A stretch of DNA of 64,000 bases from Saccostrea cucullata (Eukaryota). Below are positions 23,754 to 38,382 of the stretch, in pieces. The position numbers and the translations under genes were made by a program. Each line of letters opens with the position of its first letter. Within the stretch, counting starts at the first letter, position 1. The notes beneath the pieces were generated by a model that saw only the letters and a program-made list of their open reading frames with translations, was not told the origin of the DNA and ran no database searches. The stretch spans positions 372,001 to 436,000 of the forward strand of contig NW_026931531.1 of NCBI RefSeq assembly GCF_032062105.1, given 5' to 3'.

Positions 23754-26700
23754 TCTGGTGGTGTATACTGTCTTAATGGAGTAGTCTTACAATGATGTTC
23801 AATCAATGACAGGCAAAAATGTCAGCACTACAAAAGATATAACAACAAGAAATTCAGGTAAAATATTTAGTTTTCTTAAAATCTCTGATCAGAATTCCAG
23901 ACAATGCATGGTTGGGATTGCCTGTCTGTAAACTCAAAAAAATAACCAATTTATCTTCATGCTATCTTGGCTTGCACTTTTATATTAAATCATTTTACAA
24001 CCAATACCAAATGAGGATACAGATCAAAAAATACCTATAACCATACAGATTTATAGACAGTGGGAAACTCCCAATACCTATCTTTCAAAACAAGATAAAA
24101 ATACTGTATTAAGCAGCAATTTTACATACTACACTAAATCATAAAAGCCCATGTTTTGATAATTATATGTTTATGTACATCTTCAGGAGATGTTCATCTT
24201 ATACTTTTTGTAAATATTTCTAAAATGTTAACATACTGCATCTGCTATAATATGGGCAGTGACCCTCATTTTAGTATGTAGAGCATGGCCCTTAATTAAA
24301 TCTACAATACATTCACCTCCATTCAACAAATCTAGGCATGGGTAATAAAGATATATCACTGTGAACTGCACTCCTTCCCAAATTAATTCAAGCTGAAACA
24401 TGACAACATCCCAGCATTATCTTAAATAACCTAAATTACAAAGATAAAACATTTTATGTTGTCCAACCCCTATTGTCCAACATTGCCTCAAATAGCACCT
24501 GCTTTATTTAGTTAAAAAAAACTCTGAAAATCCACCTCTCATCTTTTTCTCCTAATTAAAGAAAAAAACAGACAAACCTCCCACTAAATCCTCCTCCCCA
24601 CGTATCACAATAACGACCTTTACTAGGGTACCATACAGCTCATTATCTGTACTATCTATATAAAATATCCGTCAATAAAATCTCAGATAAAATACCCTAG
24701 TCTTATGATGAGGTATAGCTATAAAGCTAACACTGTTAGTTTCAGTATGTACCTGTATACAAATTACCCCCGCGAGGATCAAAGGTCCAGACTCCCTGTT
24801 AATATTTATCTCTCACTAGATTTCTCCCACTGAAGGCTATTGGGTATAGATACATACACTGCAAGTGCTCACAAATTGTTAAATGATCTTAATGCATAGT
24901 ATTACATAATCTCCACTTCACAAGGTAGTAGCCTTCTCATGGGGGGGAACACTTAGTCACAGAGTATAACAATGTAAGGCTGCAGCTGATTCTACGCAGT
25001 TAATGCTTTTGCTTTGATCAAAGAGGAAATCTTAACAGTAATTCCATGTTAATTAGCAAATGATGAAATGCATGTTCTTAAAATATGTTTTCAATATTTT
25101 GATGCAACCAGTATTTTCATTTAGATATGCATTTGGAATTTTAACTCTTACCTATCGGTGCATAATACCAGCAATCCTAAATAATCTAAGACTCATCTTA
25201 AAATCTTAACATTTCCTTATACATGTTCCTATACCTTAATTCTTTGAAAGCAGTGCATTTAAAAGAAATCTATCGAGCAGTAAATAATCAGGGACAAAAT
25301 ATATGGAAAATCCAAAAATTAAATACAAAATGAATTAATCAGCTTGAGTTAAAATATGCAACTTATGCATCAAAACAGATTTAAAAATAAATATCCACCA
25401 CATTTCCCACTCTTTCCTCTGAAGTGCACTGAAAATTCTCTGAAGCGCATAAAAATTCTGCAGGTTTACAAAAATGTGTCAAGAGCCTCTCTGCTATATA
25501 ACCACATTAATTCAGGATGTCATAAATATGGATATGGACATCAAAATTAAATGGGAATTAAAAAAAGTAATAAATATTAACCATAACAATTGTTGAAATG
25601 GGGATTAATCTGTTAATTATCTTTTCTGTACATTCCTAATGTGATTTAAAATCTTTTTTTCTCTCTTAATGATAAATCGTACATGAGTGATTTCACAGTT
25701 ACACCTCAAAACACAAATACGTCAGCTGATGATTATCCTCCCCGTTTATGTCATGCAATTCTCGTTAACAATTACCCTCTCACCTCAGTTAAATATTACT
25801 GCACATACTACATCAATCACCTTAATATATGTGGCCCTTGACAAAGAAGAATACATGTATCACTATGACAAGTTTTCTAACAAAAAAATATATAAAAAGT
25901 TATTAAAAACATTCTATATCAATATTATGAGAAGTATTTTTTCATTTCATTCGGTAAATGATTCCTGCATATAGTTTTCCTCATAAAAATGTTACAAAAA
26001 GATTTGATAAATTACAAGAATTAATTAGTTTTTTTTTTACTCATCAAACACTTTAAACATTTTATCAAGTTGAAGTACTTTGTCATAATCATCCACCTCC
26101 GGATTAACAGATACAAAACAAAAGAACATGTATGTGCATAAATTATGCAGTAACAGCTACAATTTGAAATCTAAATCAAGCTATGCAAAAACTGAAATAT
26201 TTTTTACCCGGTAAATGGTTTTTTATCCAAAGTTCCATGATAGAGGCCAATAAATATACACATGTATTTCATGACAGCAAACATTCTTTTCTCACTATTA
26301 GCTGTAGTTCATTAACTAGCTGGTGTTTAAAAATCAGAATGGACATCTATATATCCTAATTTTTTGTATTATACTTTTGATAGTGCAAATTCCAATTTCA
26401 ATTTTCAGAAAAGAAGAGAAAGAAAGAGAGTTATGGTGACAAATATCTCATCGTATGCCTAATTTCTTATAAGTAAAATAAAATAACCCATTATTTCAAA
26501 AACTGCTTAATTTTAAAAACATGCCAAACATGTAACATATAATAACAATTAGTTAAAAAACTTGTAGTACATTTTCTGTCCCAAGTCCCAACCTCCTTTC
26601 ACATCCAACTCAAATGGGATGTCATATATAACAAAATGGGGAAAAAAGTCAATCTGTATCAATTCTTTAAAATAATTCTCAAGAAAACATTTGAAAATGG

Positions 26701-27659
26701 CTTGCTTTAACCCTTTCACAATAACGGTGGTACACGTATTACTCTTTTCCGGGGCAAATTAATAACACTAGGCAAAGTTTTTGTTGACATTTACAAACAA
26801 TTATTATTTATGTCATATTCACCAAAATATATCATTTTAGCTCACCTGAGCCAATGGCTCATTAAGACAAGTGAGCTTTCCCGATGTCCCCCATCACATT
26901 TTGTCTGGTGCATTGTCCGTCTGTCTGCGCAACTGTCTGCGGAGTCCCCCTCTCCCCCTTAATTTTAACTTTTCAATACTGAAATGATTTGTGTTTTTTT
27001 TCCCTTATCGAAACTGTCTATTGTAATTCCACATGATTTCCCTTTGATACACGAACTTTCTAAATTTGGTGACAGTGAAATAATGATTTTTCTGTTCAAA
27101 GTATAGATGTAATCTCACAAATATGATTAAATTACAAGGTCTGCTTTTGAAAAAGCTTCTTTTCTTCAAATATTGTAATGTATTACAAATGCGAAACAAA
27201 TCTACATGACTAGTTAAATGATAATAAAGCAAGGGGATATCTAGTGCCAAACTTTTACATGTATTGTAACTTGGCATTTATTAGAAATTCACTTATTAAA
27301 GTATTAGATCTCTATACAGTGTAAGTAAAATATCTTTTTGTCACTGTCAACAAAGAACGAGAGAGTTACTATAAATACCTACTAAATCCAAGTTTTTCGA
27401 CATAAAGAAATAAATCTTAGTTTAATGCTAATTGCTAATAAGCAGGGTTATCAAATCAATTAATTTAATCAATTCAGTTTTATACAGACATTCGGCTTGC
27501 CATTGTCAGATTGTGTAATAACATTAACAATAAATGTCCCTAGCATAATAAACACCTCCCCCTTGTTTACGACTAGCGACTACAAAGTTAGTGTACACCA
27601 ATATACATAGAAGTCGACTTACAACGGAAAATTGTTTAAGAAAATTAAGGCATACTTAC

Positions 27660-27790
27660 CATTATGTATAATTTTTCAATATGTATGCATTTAAAGAGTA
27701 TTAAATCGTCATATCATTGCCTCCTCAGTCAAGCAAAACAAACTACACGCCTCCTATGTACAGCAAGGTGACACACCCTTGACGTAACAG
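27660..27790 (-). promoter_or_regulatory. Probable non-coding first exon and promoter of Dab
   Basis: Consensus donor ATG|GTAAGT at 27660/27659 (minus), an acceptor near 23826 upstream of the ATG exon, and a CRE-like TGACGTAA at ~27780. Confidence 0.45.
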
Positions 27791-28100
27791 ACACGGCGGA
27801 TTAAAGTATGTGAAATGACCCCCCCCTTTTTTTTTTAAATATGTCCTTAAGAACACTAGTGAAAGACTTGAAATAATTCTTTAATTTTTTAACTATATAT
27901 TTTTTATCAAATTTTTATTTGAATGTTTTGAATTGCGTTCCAAAAATAAAGCGCAATTATAATATATATATTTAATGCATTTATTAGCTCATCACTGTTT
28001 ATACTATACTGCTTGCATAGTGATTAATATGTTTAATCTTCAAGTTGTAATACACTGCATAGTTGACTTCACTGATGGTCCGTGTAACACTTAACAATTC

Positions 28101-28966
28101 AAATTTCTAAAACGATTTAGAGTTTTAGAATGTTAATATATTAGTTCAAACATCTAACTTTCAAAAACTCAAACTGATTTCGTATATTGAAATTTAATAT
28201 TTTAGTTCAAAAATCGAAATTTTCAAATTTCCAGATAGGTTTTAGAATTTTTATATCTTAGATTTTTACCTTAATTTTTCAAAATTCAAATTACCAAAAA
28301 CGATTTATGGAATAAACGTTTGAGGGTCTAAGTTTGTCAGAAAGTTTACACAACAATCTAAAGTTTGGTAATATTTTTGTCTGTGATTATTTGAAATTAG
28401 CTTCAAACTTCTAAAATACAACTTTGAAACGTTTAAGATTTTTAGAAATTTTGGTTCAAATGTTCAAATTTTAATAACTTAACACAGTTTTTAGAATTTT
28501 ACTTTAAATATCCAAAATTTAAACCAGGAATGAACATATTTTGGATATTTGAATTAAACCTCTAAAAACTCAAAATGTACACGTGTTTTGGTTATTTTAA
28601 AGTTGCAATCTTAAAATCAAAATTCTAAATTTCTAAAAATCTAAAGCGTTTGAAAGTTGGAAGTTTGAGGTAAATTTTAAATAATTAAAAGACGAAAATG
28701 TTATCGAATTTTAGATTGTTAAGCGTAAACTTTCTAAACAAACGGTAGATTAAAAACTCTAAAGTTTAAAATACAAAATTTGTTTTTGGAAATTTGAATT
28801 TTGAATATTTAAGGTAAAAATCTTAAAACTCAAAAGGTTAAACCTGTTTGGAAAATTGAAAGTTTAGGTTTTTGAACTAAAATATTAAAATTCAATATAC
28901 AAATCAGTTTGAGTTTTTGAAATATATAACAATATATTATAAAACTCTAAATAGTTTTAGACATTT
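28101..28966. repeat. AT-rich foldback (long inverted repeat) element, arms ~350 bp
   Basis: TCAAAAACTCAAACTGATTTCGTATATTGAAATTTAATATTTTAGTTCAAAAA (~28160-28213) is mirrored by TTTTTGAACTAAAATATTAAAATTCAATATACAAATCAGTTTGAGTTTTTGA (~28869-28920). Other blocks are similarly mirrored. Confidence 0.85.
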
Positions 28967-29010
28967 ATATTACACCCCAACCCATACACTTCCATGTATG
29001 TATGTATTTT

Positions 29011-30237
29011 TGTCCCCCGCTTTCGCGAAAGCGAGGGGACATTAAACCTCCTCCGTCACATCTGTCAGTCTGTCAGTCTGTCCGTCACATATGCCCATAA
29101 CTTTTGATTTAAAGCTATGAAATTTCACAAGTGTATTCCTTGTGACAAGACCTTTCTTTAAAACCACCAAATTTGACCTTTTGACCTTGACCTTGCTTTC
29201 ATCACTTTTACACAGAAATTTCAAACTTTTACTTTGGTCATAACTTTTGAATAAAAGGTACTAGGACTTTCATATTTTACAAATGTATTGTTTGTGACAA
29301 GACCTTTCATTGGATACCAACAACCTTGACCTTTTGACCTTGACCTTGGAGATTTGCGTACTTACATAAAAAACGTTAACCTTGACCATAAGTTTTGAAC
29401 GGTGAGGACTAAGGCTTTCGTACTTCACAATGTAATATATTATTGGATACCAAGAACTTTCACCCTTTGACCTTGACCTTGGAGTTTTAACTACTTTTTA
29501 AAAACTTTAATCTTGGTCACAACTTTTAAACAGTAGATACTGAGACTTTTATATTTCACATATGTATTCCTTGTGCAAGACATTTCATTGGATACCAACA
29601 ACCTTGACCTTTTGAACTTGACCTTGGAGATTTTAACTTTTCATAACTTTTGAACGGTGAGGGCTAGGGCTTTCGTACTTCACATATGTAATTTTTTTGA
29701 GAAGACCTTTCATTGGATACCAACAACTTTTATCCTTTGACCTTGACCTTGGAGTTTTAACTACTTTTAAAAAAAAAACCTTTAACTTTGGTCAAACTTT
29801 TGAAACTAGGACTTTTATATTTCACAAATGTATTTCCTTTCATTGGATATCAACAACTTTGACCTTTTGACCTTGACCTTAAAGATTTACGTACTTATGT
29901 AAAAACTTTAACCTTGACAACAACTTTTGAACGGTAAGGGCTAGGGCTTTCATACTTCACATATGTAATCCTTGTGAGAAAACCTTTCATCAACAACTTT
30001 GACCCTTTACTCTTGACCTTAGAGTTCACCTACTTTTAAAAAACGTTAACTTTGGCCATAATTTTTTAACGGTCAGGAGAAGGGTTTTCATCCTTCAAAA
30101 AAATCAACTTCAATGATAATTTCTATGAAATGACATATGACAAATGTTCATATTAGACACAATATGTCATAAAAAAATAACATCTCACCAACAAAGACAC
30201 CGAAAGCGGGGGACCACAATTCTTTGAATTTGCTTGT
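29011..30237 (+). mobile_element. Helentron-associated non-autonomous element (HINE-like) with internal ~160-170 bp satellite array
   Basis: Sub-terminal IR GTCCCCCGCTTT / AAAGCGGGGGAC, 5' hairpin, (GTCT/GTCC)n microsatellite, about 6 tandem TTTGACCTTGACCTT-containing units, and a 3' hairpin AATTCTTTGAATT in T-rich flanks. Confidence 0.8.
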
Positions 30238-32854
30238 ATTATTTGTCTTTTGTATATAACATGGTTGTATGCCAACATGTTTGGTGAATCAATAAAGAAA
30301 TTGAATTGAATTGAATATATGCACTACATGTATTTGGATGCTAAATAAATATCTATTTGTTCAAAATATCGCAATAATCAGAAAGACGAGAGAGCTATCG
30401 CACTTTAAAAATGACATGCAGAGAAGAGATTTTATCTTAAATCTTCGTCATTTTTTTAATCGTTTTTGTCATAAAGGCAACCTGCAAAAGAGAAAGTTGA
30501 AGAATTCGAACAAAAATAAATTGCATTTCAATAAAGAAATAAAATCATTGCTTTAGTTTAATGCTATTTTTCATTTCTTTTATTATAGGAAACAGAAAAC
30601 AAAAGGGATAAAAGTTAATTATCAAATCAATTAATTTAATGGTGTGTCAGTTTCATTAAACAAAATTCGGACCTAAGGTGCTTGCCATTGTAAAACAGCT
30701 ACCTTGTGAAATAACATTAACAATAAATGTGCCTAATAAATAAACACCTCCCCAAGCTTTCCCTTGAAGACGAAAAGATTGAAGCTAACTGAGTACAGAA
30801 GCGAACTTGCAAGGATAACTATACATGTACTTTGCTGGAACCAATATTATTTAGCAAATGGTGATTTTTAGTGAAACATGGCCTTCCAAATTGTTGAGAG
30901 AGAAAATTAACGAAATCAATAAAATTTAAATACCATTATTTTTTTTTTTTAATGCGACAATTTCAGTCTCGTTTTTTGGAGGAAACTTTCGACATATTTG
31001 AGGTTACAGTCGAAGAAAATAGGAGGGGTGCTCAAGCAATGATAATTTATTTCTTTAATATTAATATTTCAGTGTTCTTATTGCAAATTACAGACGAACT
31101 CAAACGATTGTCAGTTGATTGAAGCTCTCTCAGCACCTACTTATCAGATATCAGAGTTGATACCGCTGACTACGGCGATGATTTTTTACTGAATTGAAAC
31201 TGCGACGCAAATATGACGAAACTTTTTTCACCATACGTCATTTGATACTTATAAAGACAAACTAGAACACAAAAAAGAGGATAGAGAGATAAAGAAAAAG
31301 AGGGCTAGTTTAATAAAATCAACAACAACAGATTTTTATTAGGAATGGGAAAATATGATTAAAATCTTATTGGAGGTTTTTTATTATGTCATGCGACTCT
31401 ATATGTAGTATTTGAAAGAAATCAAACACGCACTATCGATTTTGAATTTTTTAACTATATAACGTTTTTTATAACAATTGATAAAACTTTTGAAAAGAAA
31501 ATTTAAAAAATAATCAAGCAAACGAACGACAAAAAAAAAATGGTCCGAACTCGAAGGAGGGTCAAACTTTCTTTCACTTTAAAATTTTATCAAATACCGG
31601 AATGCATTACCAATACCACTGTAACGATGCTACAACAAAAGAATACGTGTTTTATACTGCTTGCCTGTAAATATTGCATATCTGTTATTAAAAAAACAAC
31701 AACATTTGTTTACTGTATATATTATTATGTAACCTACACTGCGAACCATGGTAAAAATCGCTTGATGAATTTAACTTCTAGTTGGAACAGAGTTATTTAT
31801 GTTTTGGTGATATATTGACAATTGATATCCAAAACACTTTATTATTTGTCTAGACCACTGTCATGAACAACAGCTTATTGCTTGTAAGCAAAACAAGTAT
31901 GCCAACATGTTTGGTGATTTTTTATCAAATCAAGAAAAAAAAATGGGGATTGAATCGTTTTTGAAAGTGAGGGTGTGTGTGTTGTGGAGGGGGGGGGGGG
32001 GCAAAGAAAAAAAAACTTGAAAAAAGTTGACAAGAAAAAAAAAACAATAGTAAAAGTTATGTTGAACCCCTCCCCCCCCCTTCTGTTGCTACGTACCTGT
32101 GTCTGGAGAGTGTTATGATTTATGAAGCTGCATGGATAATTTTTTTTTTCAGCATAAAAATAAATGAATATTATATGTTAATGAGAGGAACTAGTAATTA
32201 AACTGAAAGAACTCTATTCCAACAATATTGATTATTCTACAATAAAATATACCCCCCTCCCCTCAAATCAACTAAAATCAATATCGACCACTCCATTTAA
32301 ATCCTGGATCCGCCCCCGATGTCTGTCTAGTGGATAATGAAACCAAGTGTCATCTTCAGCTTGAGGAACAAATTTACTCTGTCAAATATGACGGACAAAA
32401 CTCGATCTGTATATATATGCTGAACAAAGGCGACGTCAATTTCAGAGAGCCATAAAGTGGACAAGGTGTGTTTTACGTCTCACGGAGCCTGTTCTTACAT
32501 GATATAAATATGGAATATATTACAAACAAGAGCTGCAGAACAAAATAAGCTATTTTAAATTTAAACCAAAAATTAGTCAAAATTTAAGATGGAAGTGAAA
32601 GAGTTAAATTACAAATGCTTCTGCAAATTACCAGCAAAGATTGTTTTTTTTTTTAAATGTACAAGTATTATATGATGTAGTTTTCAACTACCATATAACC
32701 CGAATATGGCACGCTTATAGCCGAGGGATTAGTCCATACTTTTCTGTTTATTCCAAACAGTTGATGCACAGACAGGGAGTATTTTGTACATCCAGTCAGG
32801 AGGTTTCACAATTTCTTAAAAACATAAGGATTCATTACGCTATGAATCATAAAT

Positions 32855-33805
32855 CAGGCGCGTAGCCAGCATGGAAATGAAGTGTACGCAGAAAATGGTC
32901 AGGGGTCTGGGGGCCGCTTGAGGCCCCCTGTGGGGCCCGGGCGACGCCCTGGTGGGGGCCCAGGGGACGAAGACCCCCGGAAGCTCCTGGATTTTACGAA
33001 ATTTTTCAGTCATTTTCTTGCAAAAGAAATGACGATAATCACTTTTCTTGAGCAAATACTTAGCTAAGTTATATCGATACTTAGGGAAGAGAACGATAAT
33101 TTATCAAATTAATTTCATATATTGTTATTGGAAAAAAGTTTCCAAGTGTATCAAGAAAAAAAAAGTTCGCAATATCGTTATCACTGGAGTTTAAATTTAT
33201 ATTACAAAATATAAACGGGGGAGTTGTTGTCTTTTGATTACCTTCATATTTGATAGCTGAAACGATTCGAGAATGCTTCAGTTATAATATAATTCTTTAA
33301 ATTGGTAACATCAGTAAAAGAATTTTTAGCTATATTATTATTTACTTTGTTCACCATACTTTAAATTGTTTAACGACATTTATTCATTACCTCTACGGAA
33401 ATGAAAAATCTTGTATAGTCGTCCAAGACCTTTGTAACTTTTTCTTTCGATCATGGTCCCTTAGATCGCTTTCCTTCATCAAATATTTGTCCGGATAATC
33501 AGGATTACGCGGATTAACAGTTGAACATTTTGGTTCAACAATATTTTTCTCCTCAAGAATGTTGAAAGATGTTTTTGGAATTGATTTCATAAAGGACTAA
33601 ATTTGAATGTGCAGACATGCTGAACAAAATTTGAATCGAAAGTCAAACAATAAGACGAAAAATAATTTGAAACACAGGTGGTGTCTCTTTTTCCCCGAAT
33701 AAATTTCTCTCTTTCTTTTTTTCCTTCTTTTTTTATCTCTCTTTCTTTTTTTGGAAAATGATGTGTACGCACTTGCGTACTTGCGTATAGGCAGCTACGC
33801 GCCTG
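32855..33805. mobile_element. Non-autonomous DNA transposon, perfect 12-bp TIR CAGGCGCGTAGC, 5-bp TSD (TAAAT)
   Basis: CAGGCGCGTAGC ... GCTACGCGCCTG, with TAAAT at 32850-32854 and 33806-33810. Confidence 0.85.
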
Positions 33806-34460
33806 TAAATCACAAACACCGATTGTCACAGATAAGAGAAGCAACGTCACTTTCAGTACACATATTCGCAATAAAAATAATAATTAGCTGGTCAGTAACG
33901 ATCCTAATGAAACACCCACGGGCAAACTGCTTACTAATTAGACCGACTGGACATTGGCTAGGACTCCATCTATATTTTTATATGGACAATGTCTTTTTTG
34001 GATACCCTCATATTTGACCTTTTGACCTTCCATGGAGGCTGATCAACTTTTGCAAACATTTTAACCTATCCATAGAAGATAGGTGAACAAGGCGGGTCAA
34101 ATGCCAACAATGCGACTAAATTAAATCTCAGTTTTAAAATTTCATCTAACTTTCAAGATACATACTTCATGTTTCAAGATACATACTTCATGTTAAAATT
34201 TCACAAATTGCAAAAATCTCAAAACATTTAAATTAATTGTTTTGAAATGGTATACACACACATAAATGTGCAAAAATGTAGTTTTCTAAAACAAAATCTC
34301 AATTTTTAAATACGGTTGGGCCCTCGCTCCATTTTTTTGAAGGTTTATCCTCAAAGTTAGCGTAAAAATGCGAGAGGGGGACTGAATCCCTTTTCCAGAC
34401 ATAACTTTTTACTTTAGGAAATTTACAAAGAAAGTCCCATGTACTTTCTGTTGTAGCATA

Positions 34461-35506
34461 CGAGGGTTGTCCCCGAAACTCATGGACAAGTTGTCTAATT
34501 TGAAAAATAACCATCACTGCGTTCTGAAAATTTCACTACTCTTTAGTACATATATTATGAATATACAGAGCAAATTTCAGATAGATACATGCATAAATAA
34601 ACAAATTATTAGATTTTATGTTATGTATTGTATCGCCCTGCCTACGGCGCACGGATGATAACGTCAAAGTGTCTAAAACAAGCGTCACGTTTCATCTTTG
34701 CTTAAATAAAGTTGGATAAGTCCCACTAAAATTTAAAAATTCCTTTGATTCACATACGTGAGTGTCTATAACCAGTTAAGGTACTAATCTGGCACATACA
34801 TGCAATCTTCTAAAGATTTATTATGAAGTTACGGATAGTATTCTCACAATCAGTCAACTAACAATCTCATATCAACGGTCGACAGTGACAGCGTCTTTTG
34901 CTATTACAATAGCAGTTTGTCCGTATATTTTGTACTACCTGGAGACTCAATCAAAAAGACTTTGCTTAGAAAACATATATTAAAGATCTGGTGATATTTG
35001 TCATATTTTCTTTCCTCTGTATTCATTTAAGGTCTCTTAAAGTGTCATTACAACATCCTAATCTGATGGAACTGCTCTCCGGTGCGCCATAACGTCATCA
35101 GTAATCGCTATTTTTCGTGTGTTGTGTTTACCACTTTCCCATTTCGAATGCTCGGGAAACTGCCAAAAATTAACCAAATGCCTTGAAATTTTAATAAAAA
35201 CGACAAAATTGATGAAGGAATCGAATTATGATAATTTTCATCCCAATCTTATGTATTGAAAACTTTTATTATGAATTAATTCTTGTGTATTCTATAATAT
35301 AACCTTGCTATTTTTACCCTGCGCTGTAGTACCGTACCCTGTGCACATTCAAGCATAATAAGATCTTTATTTTTGTCTATATATTATCAAAAACATAATG
35401 ATGCACTTAAATATGATGAATAAACATTTACTGAAAATTTCAGCTTTGTGCGCCCATTACTTTTCAAGAAAAACGCTTTGACCACGATTTTACGGGACAA
35501 CCCTCG
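34461..35506. mobile_element. Non-autonomous TA-flanked Tc1/mariner-like element with termini related to 306-1371
   Basis: TA-CGAGGGTTGTCCC ... GGGACAACCCTCG-TA, a perfect 13-bp TIR. Confidence 0.85.
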
Positions 35507-36089
35507 TAGTCAAATAACAGTATCAATAAAAGAAATGTAGCATGAAAAACATTTAGAACTGAACGAAGTTGACCCCCTCCTCACCCCACCCCCCCCCCTA
35601 CACACAGACAGACGAAATACGGTTTTTGACGAATTTTTTTTTTTGTTTTCTTGCAAAGAAAGTTTCTGAAGTAAGTTTAATTTTTTTTATCTATGGCAGG
35701 CTCCCACTTTCAAAAATTCGAAAGCTCATTTTCGCAGGTAAAAACAATTTGCGTGAAAACGCAAAATTTCCGCGAATTAACGCTTAACTTTCGCGTTATT
35801 GGGAAGATGGTCTGCGATAAGACGATTTCCTTTATCATATTGTTGAATTTGGATCGAGTTAGACTTACTTCTGAAAATTAAATCATAACATTGGCCATAA
35901 CTTTAGAGTGGTTAGAGAAGGGGATTGAGAATTTCACAGATGTATTCCTTGTGATATTTTTCTCTTGGGTACCAACATTTTTTATTACTTGACCTCCACC
36001 TTGGAGTTTGACTTGCATTTGAAAATCTTTAAAATTTGCCATTGGCTGCCATACCGGGGAAGTGAGTATATAACAAAAACATATTGCTT

Positions 36090-38170
36090 TATTCAGTGAA
36101 ATATGTGGAGATAACGAACAGTATTCGAGTTCAATAGTCCATTAAATATTAAAAAATAGGAGGGGTCACTCTTTTGAGTCTCTAAGGGACACAGACTCAA
36201 ATAGTTCATTCGGTGCCTTTCGGATAATCCTCATAGATATTCAATGAAATATATGGAGATAACGAACAGTATTCAAGCTATTTAAAAAGTCTATAAACAA
36301 TACAAAATAGGAGCAGAGCAAAAATGAACCTCCAAAACTTCAGAGGTGGACTCAGGTGCCATGAAGGAGTGAGCATCTCCTGCCAACCGGTCAAATCCGC
36401 CGCGTGTCCCTTTTCATGATCGGGAAATAACGAGAAAAAATTCGTGCACAACTCAGTGTGTAAATATTGTCCTTACAATCAGTATGAGAAAAGTCAGTCA
36501 GCATTTGACTAAAATAAATTGTATTTGCTGACAAGATCATTGTACATTTGTACATCGACCATAGAACTTACGCAATGATGACTTTAAACGCGACAGCTAA
36601 TATTTTTGCTTCACCAACTTGTTTGTCAATAACTTACTTCGTTTTAGAAATCCTTCATACATAAAACATGCTTTTGTGTATCGAATCAACTGAGAGATAT
36701 AAATTCTGTATGCAGGTGACAAAGGTAATATTGCTGCATAAGTAAGGGAAGCTGGCGATTGAAGAGTTAAAGTCAATACGTTTATCATAAAGCTTTGTTG
36801 TTAAATAACCACTAACGTCTTTTTAAGTAAAGGATCCGAATATGAAACAGATGTGTCAGACTCTATGGTATCTTTTTTTTCTAAATCCCATATCGATACT
36901 TACATAGTATCTACATAAGAACGAAAATTACCATTGTTAATTGACACTACGTCGTCGATGTATCTAACTGTGTGGCTGAAGGCCACAGCAAGTGTTTTCT
37001 TCATTTTATGATTTTGAGATATTTTTTTTGTTCATAAATATTGATTTATTTTTAATTTAAGATTTTGAACAAATTCTATTTCACATTAATAGAAAAATAA
37101 GTCTGCTAATAACGGGGCGTAGCACCCATAAGAACTCCAATGGATTGTTAGAAGACCTGGTCTTCGAAACCTCATAAATTGTGTCAATCAGAAACTCGAG
37201 CATCTTTTTAATATCGACTTCAGAGTATACTTATATTTAAAATCAGAATGTTTTTAAAAAAAATCATTTTGCAAATGACCAATGACAAGGTAAGTAAATT
37301 TACGAGTTCCACTTTTATTGAAAAAGCAGCTGTCAATGATGTCAAAAAGCCTGGACTTTAATTTATCGTGTGGAATAGCTGTAAATGAAATTGAAAAGTG
37401 CATGAAAGTTTTTATGTTGTTGATTTTTGTAAAATTTAGTGATTTCAAATGTTCCAAAAGTTCGTTGGAATTTTTTTAGTATCCACATCTGATTCACACC
37501 ACTTCTCGAATATACCGTTGAACAGTACTCTTGAAGTTTCTCCTTCACTACTGTTCAAATATCAGTTTTATCAGTGAAGAGTAAAGAAAGAGGCTTGGTA
37601 GATCACTTACAAAATGTACTGGAACACGGTATGTATCTTCGTTTGTAAGGATTTTTTTTATGAAGTTTTGGTATCCAATATAGATGTGGTAATTCAAATT
37701 CATTTTGGTTGTTTGGAATATCAAAAATATTCAAAACTGACATGATTTTGAAGAATTTCCTCCTTAAAAAGTGATCTATATGTATACGTTGGATTACCAC
37801 TCGTAGAATTAAATCCAAGATCCTCTATAATACAATTTATATAATGAGCCTCACAAACAAATACAATGTTGATACTTGCTTTGTCTGCATGAACATGTAC
37901 GTATTGATAATGTATTTTATCTAATTCTTTTTCCATTTCTGGATTATTGAATACAGAAGGATACATGGTTTCATATTGCCCTTCAATCGCTTAATGCGCG
38001 ATTTCAACATACTTCTGACATATGTTATCCATTCTGACAAAGTGTTAAGGTCTTTTCCTTGTCTGTCCCATCCCCTGGCGTAATCTTCAACAGAATCCAC
38101 GATATCTATTTAATTACGACGTCAGTTGAAAGACTATATTTAGGACCTATTAAAATTAGTGTTCTAAAGT
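36090..38170 (-). mobile_element. Degraded Penelope-like retroelement (reverse transcriptase remnants)
   Basis: Broken ORFs containing ADKASINIVFVC, LPHLYWIPKLHK, SRSGVNQMWILK, TAIPHDKLKSRL and PAYRIYISQLIRY, with many stops and frameshifts. Confidence 0.75.
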
Positions 38171-38174
38171 CCAA

Positions 38175-38382
38175 ATGGTGCCCCGTATCAAGGATATCAA
38201 CCCACCCCCTTGGCACGTGAAAGATCGTTTCTCTGGAGTTCGGAAAAGAGTACGCTCACTGGGGGCCGCCAGAGAAACCCAAAACTTTCAAAACCGTTCA
38301 TACAATATTTAAATTTCTTCGCCGAAATAAGGCTGAAATATTGCCGACTCGGTGTTAAAAAAACAATAATCAATCAGTCATC
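38175..38382 (+). mobile_element. Probable SINE 3' fragment
   Basis: Ends GGCTGAAATATTGCCGA...GTTAAAA..CAATAATCAATCAGTCA, an (AATC)n-like tail typical of mollusc SINEs; no intact tRNA head was seen. Confidence 0.4.
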
